Positions 12,801 through 25,960 of a stretch of DNA of 64,000 nucleotides are shown here, piece by piece (within the stretch, counting starts at the first letter, position 1; each line of letters begins with the position of its first letter). Location of the stretch: assembly GCF_021869535.1 (NCBI RefSeq), contig NW_026262723.1:40424001-40488000 (forward strand), given 5' to 3'. A program made the position numbers and the translations under genes. The notes under the pieces were generated by a model that worked only from the letters and a program-made list of their open reading frames with translations, did no database searches and was not told where the DNA came from. Origin of the DNA: Mytilus californianus. Taxonomy: Eukaryota.

Positions 12801-15300
12801 TCCTTTGAATTTCATATTAAAATTTAAGGATAATGGTCAAATGTGATCAAATGTGTGCAGAGTAATAAGTGATCTTGTTTCATCTTTGGATGTTGAATGC
12901 CCTACCTCAGCATCATTGATAAAATAATATATATAATGGCCAGTAACTGTATATCAATTAACTGTAATCCCACAAGGTAGCAGTCACTTCTCTCATGTTG
13001 GTAGAATGTAGCTTTGAAGGTTAGCAGATCTAGATATTCATATGTTATGTTTCTTTTTTATGAAAAGGTGACAGTTTTTGGCTCATATTTAGCACTGTAT
13101 ATTACAGTGGACCAATCTGATTAAAATCTGATCTTCCACTCTACTCAGTTAGATTTTTCTGTCTCTCGTGTAAGATCTGTAGACATCCAATAAGGGGTCA
13201 TGTTCAGTAACCTTTTAAGACAATACACTTAGGTAATGTACATGTTTTCATGATTTAGTAAAAAAAAATATTCTATTACCTGCCATTCATTAAAATGAAA
13301 TGAAAAATATCGAAGTTTTCTCTAGAACTACTGTTTCATAAATTAATGAACATGTCTTTTCTTAACTATTGATTGGTTCAAATATTGTTTTCCTGATTAT
13401 GATTTTTAGATGTAGATTTCGTCATACATGTTATAACTGCAATTTTTATAACTGTTATTTATTTATAAACTTGTCTCAGTGCTCTTTTTTTACAATGTAG
13501 ATTTCCATATATATTTGTCAATAAAAATTCTTGTATGTTTTAAAGAATATTCTTATTTTAATACTTATTTTCCTTGACACACAATTTCTGAATAACAAAG
13601 TTATGGCCCAATATCAAAGGTCATGATTACCTTCATTTAGAGCCCTACAATAATTTATGCTGTTTGTGATTCTAATACCAACTTAGTATGAAAAGGATTG
13701 ATTGATGATTTCTGTATTATTGTTCACAGTTAATAGAAAATTGTGTCTGCATGGAGTTAATTGAAGGGGTTGAAATGAACAGATTGAATCTCTTTTTTTT
13801 TTTTTCTTTTTTTTTTTTCTTTTTTTGGAAAATTGAATCTCTACATTAAAGATCTAGGACATTCACTAACAAAATCTATTTTTTTTTTATTGTTTTGTGA
13901 TTCTGCTACAATGTAGTAATTCGATGAAATTAGCAACAACTATGCCACACACAAAGGGCTTTGCTTCAAGTCAAAAGACATATATGCATAAGAGAGCAAA
14001 ATAGATTTAGGTGAAACTGCAATTTTAATCTAAACTAGACTGACCAAGAATTTATTCAGTCATGAATAGTTTTTCAATACAAATTAAGACATGTTTAATG
14101 CATCAAACTGAATAAGTATGTTCAGATATTTTGTTTGCAGTCAACTAAGTTTTGTTCAGTTTATTTTCAGAGCATAAGTTGCAATAACCTAACTTTGATT
14201 AACCATACATGCTACATCTTCTTGAAAAGTGACAAAACTGCAGTGGATTGACTGCAAGCAAAATCTATGAACAGTACTGAATTTACTGCAAGAATATACC
14301 TGACAATTCTACTTAAGATGTTCAGATGTTTCTGATCTCGATGAGATAACATATGGGTTGATCTATTCATAAATAAATAAAACGGGGTATTTCTGTCTTA
14401 AATATAATAAATGATGTAAATGTGACGCTATAAACATGTTAGATTGACACACTTGACCTAGATGAATATAGACCTAAAAATAGAATATGAGCAGCAGTCT
14501 TTAGTAAATGGATTTCATACTGAAACGACCAATTTGAAATGAACATGTGGATGTCAAAATTCAACTAAGATCCTTAACTTATAATTTAGTATACCAGACA
14601 TGCGTTTCGTCTACTTAGGAGGCAATGGTGGCGCTTCGATAAAAACAATTGCAAGGTCATATCTTAGACTATTATCCAGTTTAACAGTTTAACCGTTCCA
14701 GGTCATAGCAAAAATGAAATTGAACATAAAATACCAAAAATTCCGAAAAAGATTTGCCAAATCTGGCTGAAAGGTAATTTATTCCAGTGCGTAGAAAATT
14801 AAGTATTTGAAGTGAGTTACGTTTTATGAGCAGTGAATTAACAGTGAACGACCAAATGAATGATATTTTCTGTCACATCAGAACTCTGACTACTTGGCTC
14901 GGGGACGAACGTCTGCCAGCAGTGGCACCGACTCATTAGCCGTAAAATCTTCAAAAATTATCCAGCCTATAAAAAAACCTCATCTAAGATACCAGCCTTA
15001 TAATAATGTACGCTAAACGCGGGTTTCATCCATATAAAACTTATCAGTAGCGATGGGATCATTGCAGTTGCCAATTGAAAATTACCAAAACGAAAACACT
15101 GTGCTGAATCTAAATATGGCCATCTATATCTGTTGGTTGAAAAAGTTTAGTGATATTAAAATATGTTATTTTAACACCTTAAACCTGTGTTGTTTATATT
15201 GAAGGTATATTAATTGGCATAGAATTAAAAATCATGGCAATTTTACGAAACCTTGGAAGAGGATTAACTAATTATTTATTAGTATACCACTTTTAGCTTT

Positions 15301-15970
15301 TAAAGGGACATTAGCTGTCAAATTCATGTTCACCGATTAGACTCAAATTCTCATATTTGATTTATAACACACTAAAACGTATATCAAAATTATAAAAAGT
15401 CTAAAATAAACAATTTACACTGCATGGGCTCGATAATATGTGTCAGCATTTCGTGTGTATTTTAGTCTAGACACCATCTAACTATCGAGGTGACATCCGA
15501 AGACTGCCGACGGTGATATAACCCGATATAAATATAGATATAGATAGATAGCGAACTCGTGCAATTGGATTTTTCTAGGTCTGTTTGATTTATAATATAG
15601 GTTAACAATATACGTTAATCATCGTTTTTACCTGTATAAGAATGCGTTTTTGTGGATCGAATCATTCAATCAAATGGTTTACCCTTGTTTCACTTCAATG
15701 TTGACATTCTCCTTTTAATAACTAAACACGCCTAGTTCATGCGTAACCCATCTCTAGCTAAGAGGTTAAATTGAAGGTCACATGAATACGGATTCAATGA
15801 GGTCGAATTATTCAGAAGTGAATAATTCAGCAGCGATGTTTCTTAGCTTATTTTGACAACATTGAACCAAACTGACTACTAAAAGCGAATTATTATTTCA
15901 CCATTTCTCTTTCATTAATGATCGACCCAAAAAATTTTAATTTGTTTTATATCTCGTAGCTAACCTTCCC
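15301..15970. mobile_element. Degenerate MITE-like element (aaagggacattagct ... agctaaccttccc)
   Basis: Imperfect terminal inverted repeats; boundaries approximate. Confidence 0.45.
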
Positions 15971-16775
15971 GATGACGATTAGCTTAAATAGTGCTCCGAA
16001 ACTGATTTCTTATTAGGAAACATCTTTATATTTTTTTTCGAGATTTTAAACATAAACCAATCATTTTTCCCTGTTAGTAGACGATCCTTTTTGGTTTGGA
16101 AGACCAGATCTGTGTTGAATGATTGCTGTCTTATTGGAGTATACCTCATATCTTTTATTTTTCTTAGGGAAAATGACACACATTTATCGAATGGGATTAT
16201 ACTAGGACTTACTTAAGGTAGGTCAAAAAGTTGAAACCACAGTTAAATATGGTAAAATGGTAATTATTTTTTATTTTTGCATTCTATTGGAAGAAACCGT
16301 TTTTAATTTTGCACTATCTGAGTATATTCTTCAATTAATTGATTGCTTGTTGTTTGCTTTACGTTTAGAGGCAAATATTTCATGTGATTGCCTGAAACTT
16401 ATATAAAGAGAAGACATTGTGTTGATCTACATGTACATATACAAGTAAAATTCAAATGATCAAAAGTACTCAGTTCCGTTGTATCCGGGTGATTTTTAAA
16501 CTAATCGGAATGTAAAATGATTAAGATGTATTTGTTTGATGAGTCCACACACACCTTTCAAGTGATAAAAAAAAAACAAAAACCTAAATGAGTAGATGCA
16601 TTAAAATAATTGTTAATAAAAGCATTTTTTTGATAATAATGATAAAACAAGTATTTAAGACATTATAAGTGATAACAATGAACGGACCATCGTACATATT
16701 TGAACCCTCGTCTTACAATAATTATCGTCATTGACGGGCTGACCCAATATCTTATCAGTTGTTTGTAATTGTGTT

Positions 16776-19700
16776 ATGGGTTTCATTAATTTTGGGATCT
16801 TTCTTTGTTGTATCTTCTCTATCAATTGTAAGTTGCCTTAAACACGTTTTGATTTACATCATGAAACTTATAAGTTACATATCATATTATTGTGGTATGA
16901 ATATGAATTATGTTTTGTACTAGACCAGGACACTAATCTGATTTTTGCACATGTTCATAAGGTAACAGTCCGCAGGAAGACAAAACCTTCAAGAGCACAT
17001 TCTCATCTTCCCCTTTCTAAGCCACAACATGACTTCTGTCCCATCGTATGGCGGTTACATATCTCAATTGATATGTTGCGCTCGTACATGTGGACACTGT
17101 ATAGACTTCATTTGCTCTAACAGAGTAATGAGGAAGAATTACAGAAATCGACACTACTTTTAGCTTTACGGTCATCATCACGAACTCTCTAGCAACATGT
17201 TTTCACGAATTTAGATCTTTAAATGCCAGAAAAGTCGTCTTATTTGTAATTTTACCGATAGTTTCCTATTCCGATTGTGACATTTTGACTGAGTGTGGAT
17301 TCGCATGGCGGTTGGTACATGTAAAACAGGAGACGCTAACCCTGTGGAAACACCCAGTCTCTCGCTCCTGTTAGAGTTCATGTTTCATCAGATATTGTTT
17401 TTTTTCTTCGGCATGTATCTTTCTAATCGATTTATGAGATTTGAACATCGGTAGAATACTGTTTCTAGATAGACAACAATCAGCTCAAAATCTTACCCTT
17501 TGAAAGTGTGTCTCTGTGTGTTTTTGTTATTCATTTTTCCTGTATAATACATTAAAATACAAGTAATGTTCATGTGAAGTTTAGCAGTTGTTTGCAATTT
17601 GTTTTAAATAATTTTGTCAGATGGAGGACTTAAAGTAAAAAATCAAATACGTTTTTCAGTTTCTTAATAAAACTTCATTATTAAATTCAATTCTGTAATT
17701 TTTGTTGTTATTATCGACAACCATTTTATGTCTTTGCAATCCAGCTATAATTAAAAACAAATTATGATGGTGATGGAAAGCAAAATGTTTGTCAGCAGTA
17801 CAAAATAAAGAATTGTTATTTTGATTGTAAAACACCGCATTTAGCATGTGACATGTTGTAAATCACAAACATGTCTATTCATTTAAACCGTTGTATTACC
17901 ACGAAATAAAGCAATTAATCAAAAATAAACTTAACTAAAGATCAAGTATACATGCTATGATTTCAAGAGATAGCAACTGTATCGGCACACTGAATTACTC
18001 AATGTAGTACAGTTGTGTACCATAAACCTTTTTCTAAACTGATTGTCTTCAGAATAAGTTAAATCGGGCTCAAAAAAGAGTAGTGACGCAGTCTTTTCCA
18101 GTGTAAACAAGACTCTAAATAAATCGTCTTGTTATAGTATTTTCTGAATACATTTATTAAAACTTTTGACTTGTCAACACTTAACAAGTCCCTTCATCAT
18201 GTTTAATTGAAAAGCAGTGCTATTTCATGTCTTCACAGAAGTGCTGATAACTGTGTTGGAGGTAACGAAACGTCTTCTGCATCATCGGCATCAACCCAGT
18301 TGTTTTAAAATATGATTAATTGATCAATTGAAGGAAAAATATGGTTCAATAATTCTCATATATTTTGTTTTCTATTTAGGGTTCCTAGACGATGCTTATG
18401 CATAGATTAAATAATAAACAAATAATTATAGAATAACTAATCGAAGAATTCAAACAGAGAAAAATATTCAACGAGTGACCAAACAACATATTAATTCACG
18501 AATGCGCGTACCGCATGAGTTAATTATCAGTGTTGTCTTTTTCTACGCATTCACAATTTGTTTTGATCTGACGTTATCGACGTTTATTTCACATGTGAAA
18601 TTATCGGTTCTTATTTCACTGGGAAATCAATGTAATTCATTGCAACCAATGTAATAATAAAGGATAATGAAAAATAATTTATATATAATCACATTTTATC
18701 ATTGGCCATGTCATTTTTGGTACATGAAGATTTCATTGCAATGAAATTAACTTAAATGATGCAAATCCCTTAGTGAGATGAATTTTTAGTTTTGGCTGCT
18801 CTAGTTCTCCTCAATTCTTTATGTATAAAGTATCCCCAAATTTTGTTTCCCTTATTTGTTCCCATTGAGATTTAATTGATTTATGATCCCAACTTATTCG
18901 CACGTGAAATGTTTTTCTTGTTGTGTTTTTGACGCGTAGATTGTTCAAATATTAGAGATGGGCATATTATCACTATCTATCACGAAATTGAACAAAGTTT
19001 GAAGATTTCAGGCGGCTGTTTCAAATTTCTATGTAGTTTGTGATCACATCTTTTCATGCTTTTTGCAACCTAGAACTTTTTTGTATTTCAGATTATTTGT
19101 ACACAAATCAAAGAGTTGTATATCATATCTGTTTTGTTGTCGTCGTTATGACAATTTGTATGCTTTTCACAGAAGTACACATGGTTGAAATTGGTTAAAG
19201 AAATAAAAATCGAACAAAATATTTATCAAATATGATAAAAGAGGGACGAAAGATACCAGAGGGACAGTCAAACTCATAGATCGAAAACAAACTGACAACG
19301 CCATGGCCAAAAATAAAAAGACAAACAGACAAATAATAGTACAGATGACACAACATAGATAAATGATATTCATATATCAAAATTGATTCCAAAAGAAACA
19401 TCTTGAATATAAAACAGTCCAAAACAGCCAAGTCCTTTATCATATGTCATAACGCGAATAAAAGTTTCTGTGAGTTTTAACCCTGAATGATAATCTTTTA
19501 ATAGAAATAAGATTCAATCTTAAACAGGTTCCAAATATAAAATTAAGAACATGAGTTATGATTGCCAACCCTCCATCATTTACCAAATCAAGTAGAAGTT
19601 AGCATCTATAGGTCACCGTACTTAAGTTCAAAGAAATCTTATTATCTTACCTCCTATACATTTCTAGGAATATCATTAGTTAAAAGCGACCGCGTTGAGA

Positions 19701-22700
19701 CCCTGTATATTTGATATGGGGTTAGTAGGCGTGGTTTGTTTTAATATACGGTTAGCAGTGATGTTACGTCCCTTTATAAAAACAACACGGCGTGGATGAA
19801 AAATCTGAAACGTTTCACCCGGACAACAGATGAAGAAATTGATGATGAACGATTGAAATAAATACAGAAAACACATTAAAAGCTAACACATTGTTATTGA
19901 TGGCATTTGTTTTTGTGTAGAACAATGGAATTAGGTTATTTATATTAAAGACTTGATCCCTTTGATAGGCCACTAGTCTAAATGCCACATGTTAAGATAG
20001 TCGGTAAAAATAAATTCGTTACACAGTGTACTAGTGACCTAATACGGTATATATGGTATATGGTATCATCGACAACTGCGGTCAATACTGAATTCTCCAT
20101 ATAACAAACATAAAACCCATTAAGATATGACATACGACAACTATTGGCGTCGTTTCTGAAATTGGACAGCCACACGCATATGTGGTGAGGCAAAGTTCAA
20201 AACCATCCCCTTTTAATCTAGTTCAGTGGACTACAAGCATAAGCAAACAAAAGCATAGCAAAACACGAAAAAGGACCAAAAGACAAACCAGTCGTCCAAA
20301 GGACATCATATAGAAAACGAAAGAATGAGCAACACGAAACCCACCAAAACAAGGAGTTATCTTAGGTTCACAAAGAAAAATAAGCATATCCTGCTCCATA
20401 ATGTGGCACTTGTCTTGTAGTACATATTAAGTACAAATTTAGTGATAAATCTCAATCGGTCATTTAAGCTTTATTAGCGAAATTTAAAACATCTTACAGT
20501 CTTAAACGTTTTCATTATTTCTTTTATTTAGGCTGTAAAGATGGATGGACACAATTTGGAAATAAGTGTTACTTCTTTAGTCGACAAGCTGAATCATGGA
20601 TTGACGCAATTGTAAGTAGTACTGTTCTGACCAGATTTCCCAATTATTTTTGTATTTAGTAATCCAAAACTTTTTGAATAAAGTATATCCTTAAAGTGGG
20701 TTGAAATTAAACACATTATTTCATATAAAAAGCAGCCAACTAGAATTTGGATAATTCAGAATTAATTAGAATTTTTATCGTCTGTAATATTTGTAACGAT
20801 CTCCGATTTTTTACTCTTCATTCAATGTATGAAAGTGATTTGTACGTCTACAAGAAGTTTGTTACATTTTCAATAATTAAAATAATCACCAAAAATAACG
20901 TGTACTTTCACTTTGTACGTGAGGGAGTTGATATTTACAGAAGAGACTAGAAGAGTCCTATCCAATGTGAAATGAAATAAATGAAAAAAGTTTAAAATCC
21001 AGTTGACAATACATGATACTCAACACCTAACGGGCACCCTACTCCATGAAAACATGATTCATGTTCATTTCTAACGATATTCCAGGATCTCGCAGGTGAA
21101 AAGAACCAAACTTGAATATATGAAGAATATAAGGAGGGGATCCCTATTGTTGTTTAGATTTAAGAATCCAAACAGACCAAACTACAAATTGAATGACATT
21201 ATAGTATCTACCACAGGAATAAAGATATTTCATTTTATTATAAGACAATATTACTGTCTGAAATTTTAACAGAAAAAAATCAAACCTAACAGTAAAGAGA
21301 AAAAAAAAGCTAGTACATGACTCTAAGCTGTACACATGCTTAGGGGAGGCATAGAGTACACGAGCTTTCTCCCTATAGGTTCTTCAGTTTTAATAAGAAT
21401 TTCACTCTGTAGGAGACCAAGAATACGCCAAAAGTTATATGTAATAGAAAAACTAAGGATATGGGGTATCCATCCGTGACACAAAATCAGTACATGCACA
21501 GAAAAAACACACAAAAAGCAAAGGAACAGAAAGCAGAAGTGTAAGACGGCCCCTAGCACCTTGTGCATTCCTTAAATCAATTATATCGATTTTTTTCAGT
21601 CCTTTTGTCGTGTGTTTGATTCAAAACTAGCTGAGCCATTGACTTCAGAGGAATCACATTATTTAATAAGTCACAGCCAGCATATTGGTATGTATTTTCT
21701 AAGATTACACTCAACAAATAATGTATCCCATCTTCGATGAATGCCTGCATGATATAATTATTATTGAATGAACAAATAAGATTATAGTATATATATATAA
21801 AGAATAAGGCGTCTGCGCAATGCTAGATGTTGTTGCCATAGAAGTTTAAAGAAAAACACAGGTTTCAGCCGGGGTTGGGGAGGAAGTAAGGAATCAGATC
21901 CACTGTTATATTGATAGGTTGATTTTCTAGGCACTTTATTTTATATACTAATACATTATATGTTAAACTTTGTCATCTGGTATTATTTTCTTACAATGCC
22001 TTTGTTATTTTAATTTCTGATAGAAAGATATTGAAAGTACTTGTTCATGATAACAGTCTTTTTACTGACGCAAAATTCAACCATATAGATGATAGAAAAT
22101 AGTATGCTGTCTAATCCCGGTATCTTAAGTCCATTGTTTAATTTCTTTAATTTTCAATTTGCAATTAGCCACGATTCCAATATAAAAAAATCCCATCATG
22201 CCAACCAGTTTATTCTAACGAAGGGTTTTTTTTATTGAAAGAGGCTCATTTATGTGCTTGTCTATTGATTCACTTTCTATTGTTTTTATTTTCATAAATA
22301 TATAATTCTGTGCATGTGAACTTTTTTGTTACATAAAAATTGGAGGATCCAGGTAAAATTAGTTAAAAGTAGTTTTAGAAAATATCAAAATACATCTTTG
22401 CAGGAGGAAATTTTTGGATTGGCATATCAGACGTAATCGTTGAAGACAGATGGATATACTCAACCGGACAAACACCGATTACAGTTAATAATTTTCAACC
22501 GGGACAACCTAATGGACATACTTCCCAAAACTGTGTGGCATTGTGGGCTTCTTTCCATGGATACTGGGCAGATGAGAACTGTCTTACCAGATATCCGTTT
22601 ATTTGTGAGACAGATATTGAGTATGGTTCTTTAAAAAAGAAAACTAATTGTCAAAAAGAATTCAAACAAAGCGTGGAGGTTTTTTATTTCCACACAGCAA

Positions 22701-25358
22701 AATAAATTAAGACTCCATTCTACGTTTGATATGGTTCGTTCGTTGTTGAGGACCCTGCGTCGGCTGTCAAGATGGGGAACGGGAGGGAAGGCCCTATTCA
22801 TTGGCAGTTTTCTATGTTTTCTGTGTGTTGTGTGCGATTTTGTCCCATGTGCATTTGCTCCATATCCTTTCATTTTCTACTAACTGATAAACATGGATGA
22901 CCTGTAGAAAAGGTGAATATCCAAAATTGTCAACCCGTTTAAAAAAGTATTCCCTAAGAAATGTCAAAACGCTGATGTCAAAGACTTGTAACTTTGTTCA
23001 TAGGAGGCAGACTTTATATTGGCGCTCCAGAGGAAGATTAAAATAAATTCGCATTATCCTTTATATTCTCAATCCGCTATACAGATAATGTCCTCTCACT
23101 AGACGATTCAACGTTTGTTGACTATGATGAACTTGAAATACAGGATACAATAGATACAGTTAAGTCTGCCTCATATCTTGACTTCCATCTAGAAATTGAC
23201 AATAACGGTCGGTTAAGAACTAAACTTTACGACAAAAGAGATTATTTCAGTGCCTGCATATGGAGTCAAAAATGTAAACAACACGTTATTAATTTCATGC
23301 GTCCGAGAGTAAATATCACCCAGTTAAAACGATATTCCAGAGCTTGCATTTACTACCATGCTTTCATTAACAGAGGATAACTACTAACAAGGAAGCTATT
23401 AAACCAAAGGTTTCAAGTGGTGAGGTTGAAGTCACTCCTTCGAAAATTTTACGAACACCATAACGAGTTGGTTGACCGTTGTAAAAAAAATGTTTTACAG
23501 ATGACGAAGAATATGTTTAAATTGTCGCAACCACAATCCCGTCCTCTCTTCAACAAATATGAGATCCCCAAATAAGATACCTAATCAATTAATAAAACTT
23601 GTCAACATATTTTATAGGAGTAAAACGACGGGTGTCACATATGGAGCAGGATCTGATTACCCTTCCGCAGCGTAGCACTTGAGATCAACCTCGTTTTTTG
23701 ATGGGATTTGTGTTGCTCAGTCTTTTGTTTTCTGTGTTGTGTTATGTACATTGTTGTCTTTTCGTCGTTTGGTATCTTCCGCCACTCTTCTTTTAATTCA
23801 AGATATGATTGGCCCTTTTCCTGATTACTATCTTCTGATTGATTTTAATTCTGAATAAGCAATCTAAAATTATTGATGAAATTTAATTGTCTCTACATCC
23901 TTGATTGGCAATTTCCACAAAATCATCCATACATATTGTAGCGTGTTTTTTATATTTAAAAAACGTAATTTTTGAGAAACAAAAATGGGTTGTTTTTTTG
24001 TTTCTTCATCATATATCAGAAGTATTGAAGTAAAGCGTTATATATATATATATATATGTTCCGGACCATATGAATATTTGGACCATACGCGTATGGTCCG
24101 GGTAATTAATACGATGAACGTTGAACAGTAATTGATTAAGGCATATGATAACTCTTCAAGGTGTCATCAATTTAGAGTTTCTAAAAATGAAATTTTAAAT
24201 TAGAAAATAATTTGGTAATTATTGTAACGTGATGAATGAAATAAGATAAAATTTAGTCACAAGTAAAAAATTTTGCATGATCATTATTAATTTTTCTTTA
24301 CGAAACACAATATGTCGAATCCGAAAATAACTAAATGGACTGTTTTAAAAGCAAGAAATCAACTGTTTTACTCATTACCAATTGGAGCATTCAAGCCTCC
24401 TTTTTCTCTATTTTGGTGTTTCAATTTGTTTTTTGTAAATTAAAATTTCTTAAACATTTCAAATTATTTTTAGTTATTTTAAACTTTGTTCATGCTCCTC
24501 TTTATACGATTTACAATTACAGTAATTTATACGTGCAGACCTCTATTCTTATCAACGTTTTCGGTCCTTATACATCCTTTGCTTTCAAATATTCGGCTTT
24601 GAGCGTTCCTGATGAAGGTAAATCCAGAAAAGCGCTCGGTCGCAAGAAATTTATAACGTGTTGTTTTCATATTTTATATAGAAACCACAGTTATTGTTAG
24701 ATCGTATGAATACGAGTACGAACACATCAGTTAAATGAAAATAAGTGGAAATTAGAAGAAATCAAAGAAAATCTAATCTAAACGCGAAGGGAAAAAGAAA
24801 AAAATTGTCCATGCCCCAAACACCTGTGATTTCAAGTACCGAAGAAACTGTCGACAGGATAAAGGTGCTTAAAATTGACTAGATAGCGAAGGCAAGACAA
24901 CAAATATACCAAGATTCAGACAATATGTAACAAAGATAAAGGATTTCAGTTAATAAATTTTGCCGATTTTAGTTCAGAGAACGAGCTATGTCTGTTTTGG
25001 AAGTTTGAATTTATTCGAAAAATATCTATATGGTCTAAATACTCATATGGTCCGGCCCGTTAATAACCAAACGAGTATATACTCATATGGTCATGACCAT
25101 ACACGTACGGTTCATATACTCATATGGTCCGGAACATATATATATAATGCGACACATAAGTTCTGCATTTCCAAACCAAATTTTAATCACGTTACTAATT
25201 TTTTCAAATCTATGATATCAAGCACACAACTTTAATGTACTTTCATTGACAATACTGCTGCAGTCTACGACTAATCAAGTTATCAAATTGAATGAGCATA
25301 CCTAAATGAAGATTTTTTTTCTTTTTATAGGTCTACAGAGTCACAGATTGTTGGTTGA
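16776..25358 (+). CDS. C-type lectin 1 (perlucin-like, secreted, single long-form CTLD, subtype I, QPN/WAD), predicted 154 aa
   Basis: Exons 16776-16827 (signal peptide MGFINFGIFLCCIFSIN), 20532-20611 (CKDGWTQFGNKCYFFSRQAESWIDAI), 21600-21687 (SFCRVFDSKLAEPLTSEESHYLISHSQHI), 22404-22620 (GNFWIGISD...QPGQPN...NCVALW...WADENC...FICETDI), 25331-25358 (STESQIVG*). All GT-AG with phases 1,0,1,2 and an open frame. WIG motif and six canonical Cys are present. Assignment of exon 1 is less sure than the rest. Confidence 0.82.
17500..18420 (+). pseudogene. Orphan remnant of a subtype II lectin intron 4 plus terminal exon, lying inside CTL1 intron 1
   Basis: 17500-18200 aligns by eye with 30480-31100 and 54330-54640. 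18330-18420 aligns with 55490-55600, including the acceptor tttctatttag|ggtt at 18380. Confidence 0.65.
23081..23770 (+). mobile_element. Penelope-like retroelement, degraded RT fragment plus 3' region
   Basis: Translates to DDSTFVDYDELEIQDTIDTVKSASYLDFHLEIDNNGRLRTKLYDKRDYF, followed by ...RKLLNQRFQVVRLKSLLRKFYE and the same 3' tail as 37431-37890. Confidence 0.8.
24057..25136. mobile_element. ~1.08-kb non-autonomous TIR element (TGT...ACA ends) inserted in a (TA)n tract
   Basis: TGTTCCGGACCATATGA ... TCATATGGTCCGGAACA. Multiple subterminal ggaccata/tatggtcc motifs at both ends, with (TA)n on both flanks. Confidence 0.8.
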
Positions 25359-25639
25359 ACACTGCTGTAATATGAAAAAGCAGATATATAAATCAAACTA
25401 TGTCTGTACTTTCGCAGTATTCATTGTTTTTTTTTATCTCTCAATTTAATATCTTACTTTTACTAAAGATAAATTCACTATTTTAAGAGGCCCAAAACAC
25501 TTCCGTTATCGACACAAATTCTGCAGACTGGTGGCAATAATTAAAGACATTGCTGATCACAGCATATTCAAAACCGTTATAACTACATCCGAAGATGACA
25601 AAAAAGTATGTTGTTTCAAAGAAGAATTGGTTAATAAGG

Positions 25640-25960
25640 TTTTGGATGCAAGCAATACATTCATCAGGAACGCTCAAAGCGGAAGTTTTGAAAGCCAAGG
25701 ATGAAGAAAATCGAAACAGTTGAAGAGCTATATAACTAAAAAGGACCTAAACATAGCCAAATTCATCTAAGGCCAACTTTATCTGAGGGAGTTGAAACCT
25801 TAGTTTCTTTATAATTTCAAAATTTATAAACGAACAATTTTAGAAAGGTTTGTTATAAATCATGTCAGTACCGAAGTAGACGACTAAGCTGATGATACCC
25901 TCGTGGACTGATAGTCCACCAGCAGAGGTATCGACCCAGTGATGTTAAAAATGAAAACAA
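25640..25960 (-). mobile_element. Retrozyme-type repeat monomer with truncated hammerhead
   Basis: Reverse complement of tcatcaggaacgctc is GAGCGTTCCTGATGA. The downstream block gataccctcgtggactgatagtccaccagcagaggtatcgacccagtg recurs in degenerate form at 14880-14940, 54820-54880 and 55260-55330. Confidence 0.6.

Noticed and set aside
6868-13530. Very long MMD 3' UTR ending at AATAAA 10091 or 13520
   Set aside because: The region is relatively poor in young repeats, but AATAAA is frequent in such AT-rich DNA. The end cannot be placed without transcript data.
7000-16700. Short ORFs of 60-95 aa (8134, 8658, 11658, 11960, 15979 and others)
   Set aside because: No recognisable domain, no paralog support and no consistent splice context; expected by chance.
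22622-22705. Apparent stop-loss in CTL1 (TAA>TAT) giving a 27-aa read-through extension
   Set aside because: The position is a GT splice donor shared with CTL3 and CTL4. A conserved in-phase terminal exon exists at 25331, so read-through would apply only to an unspliced transcript.
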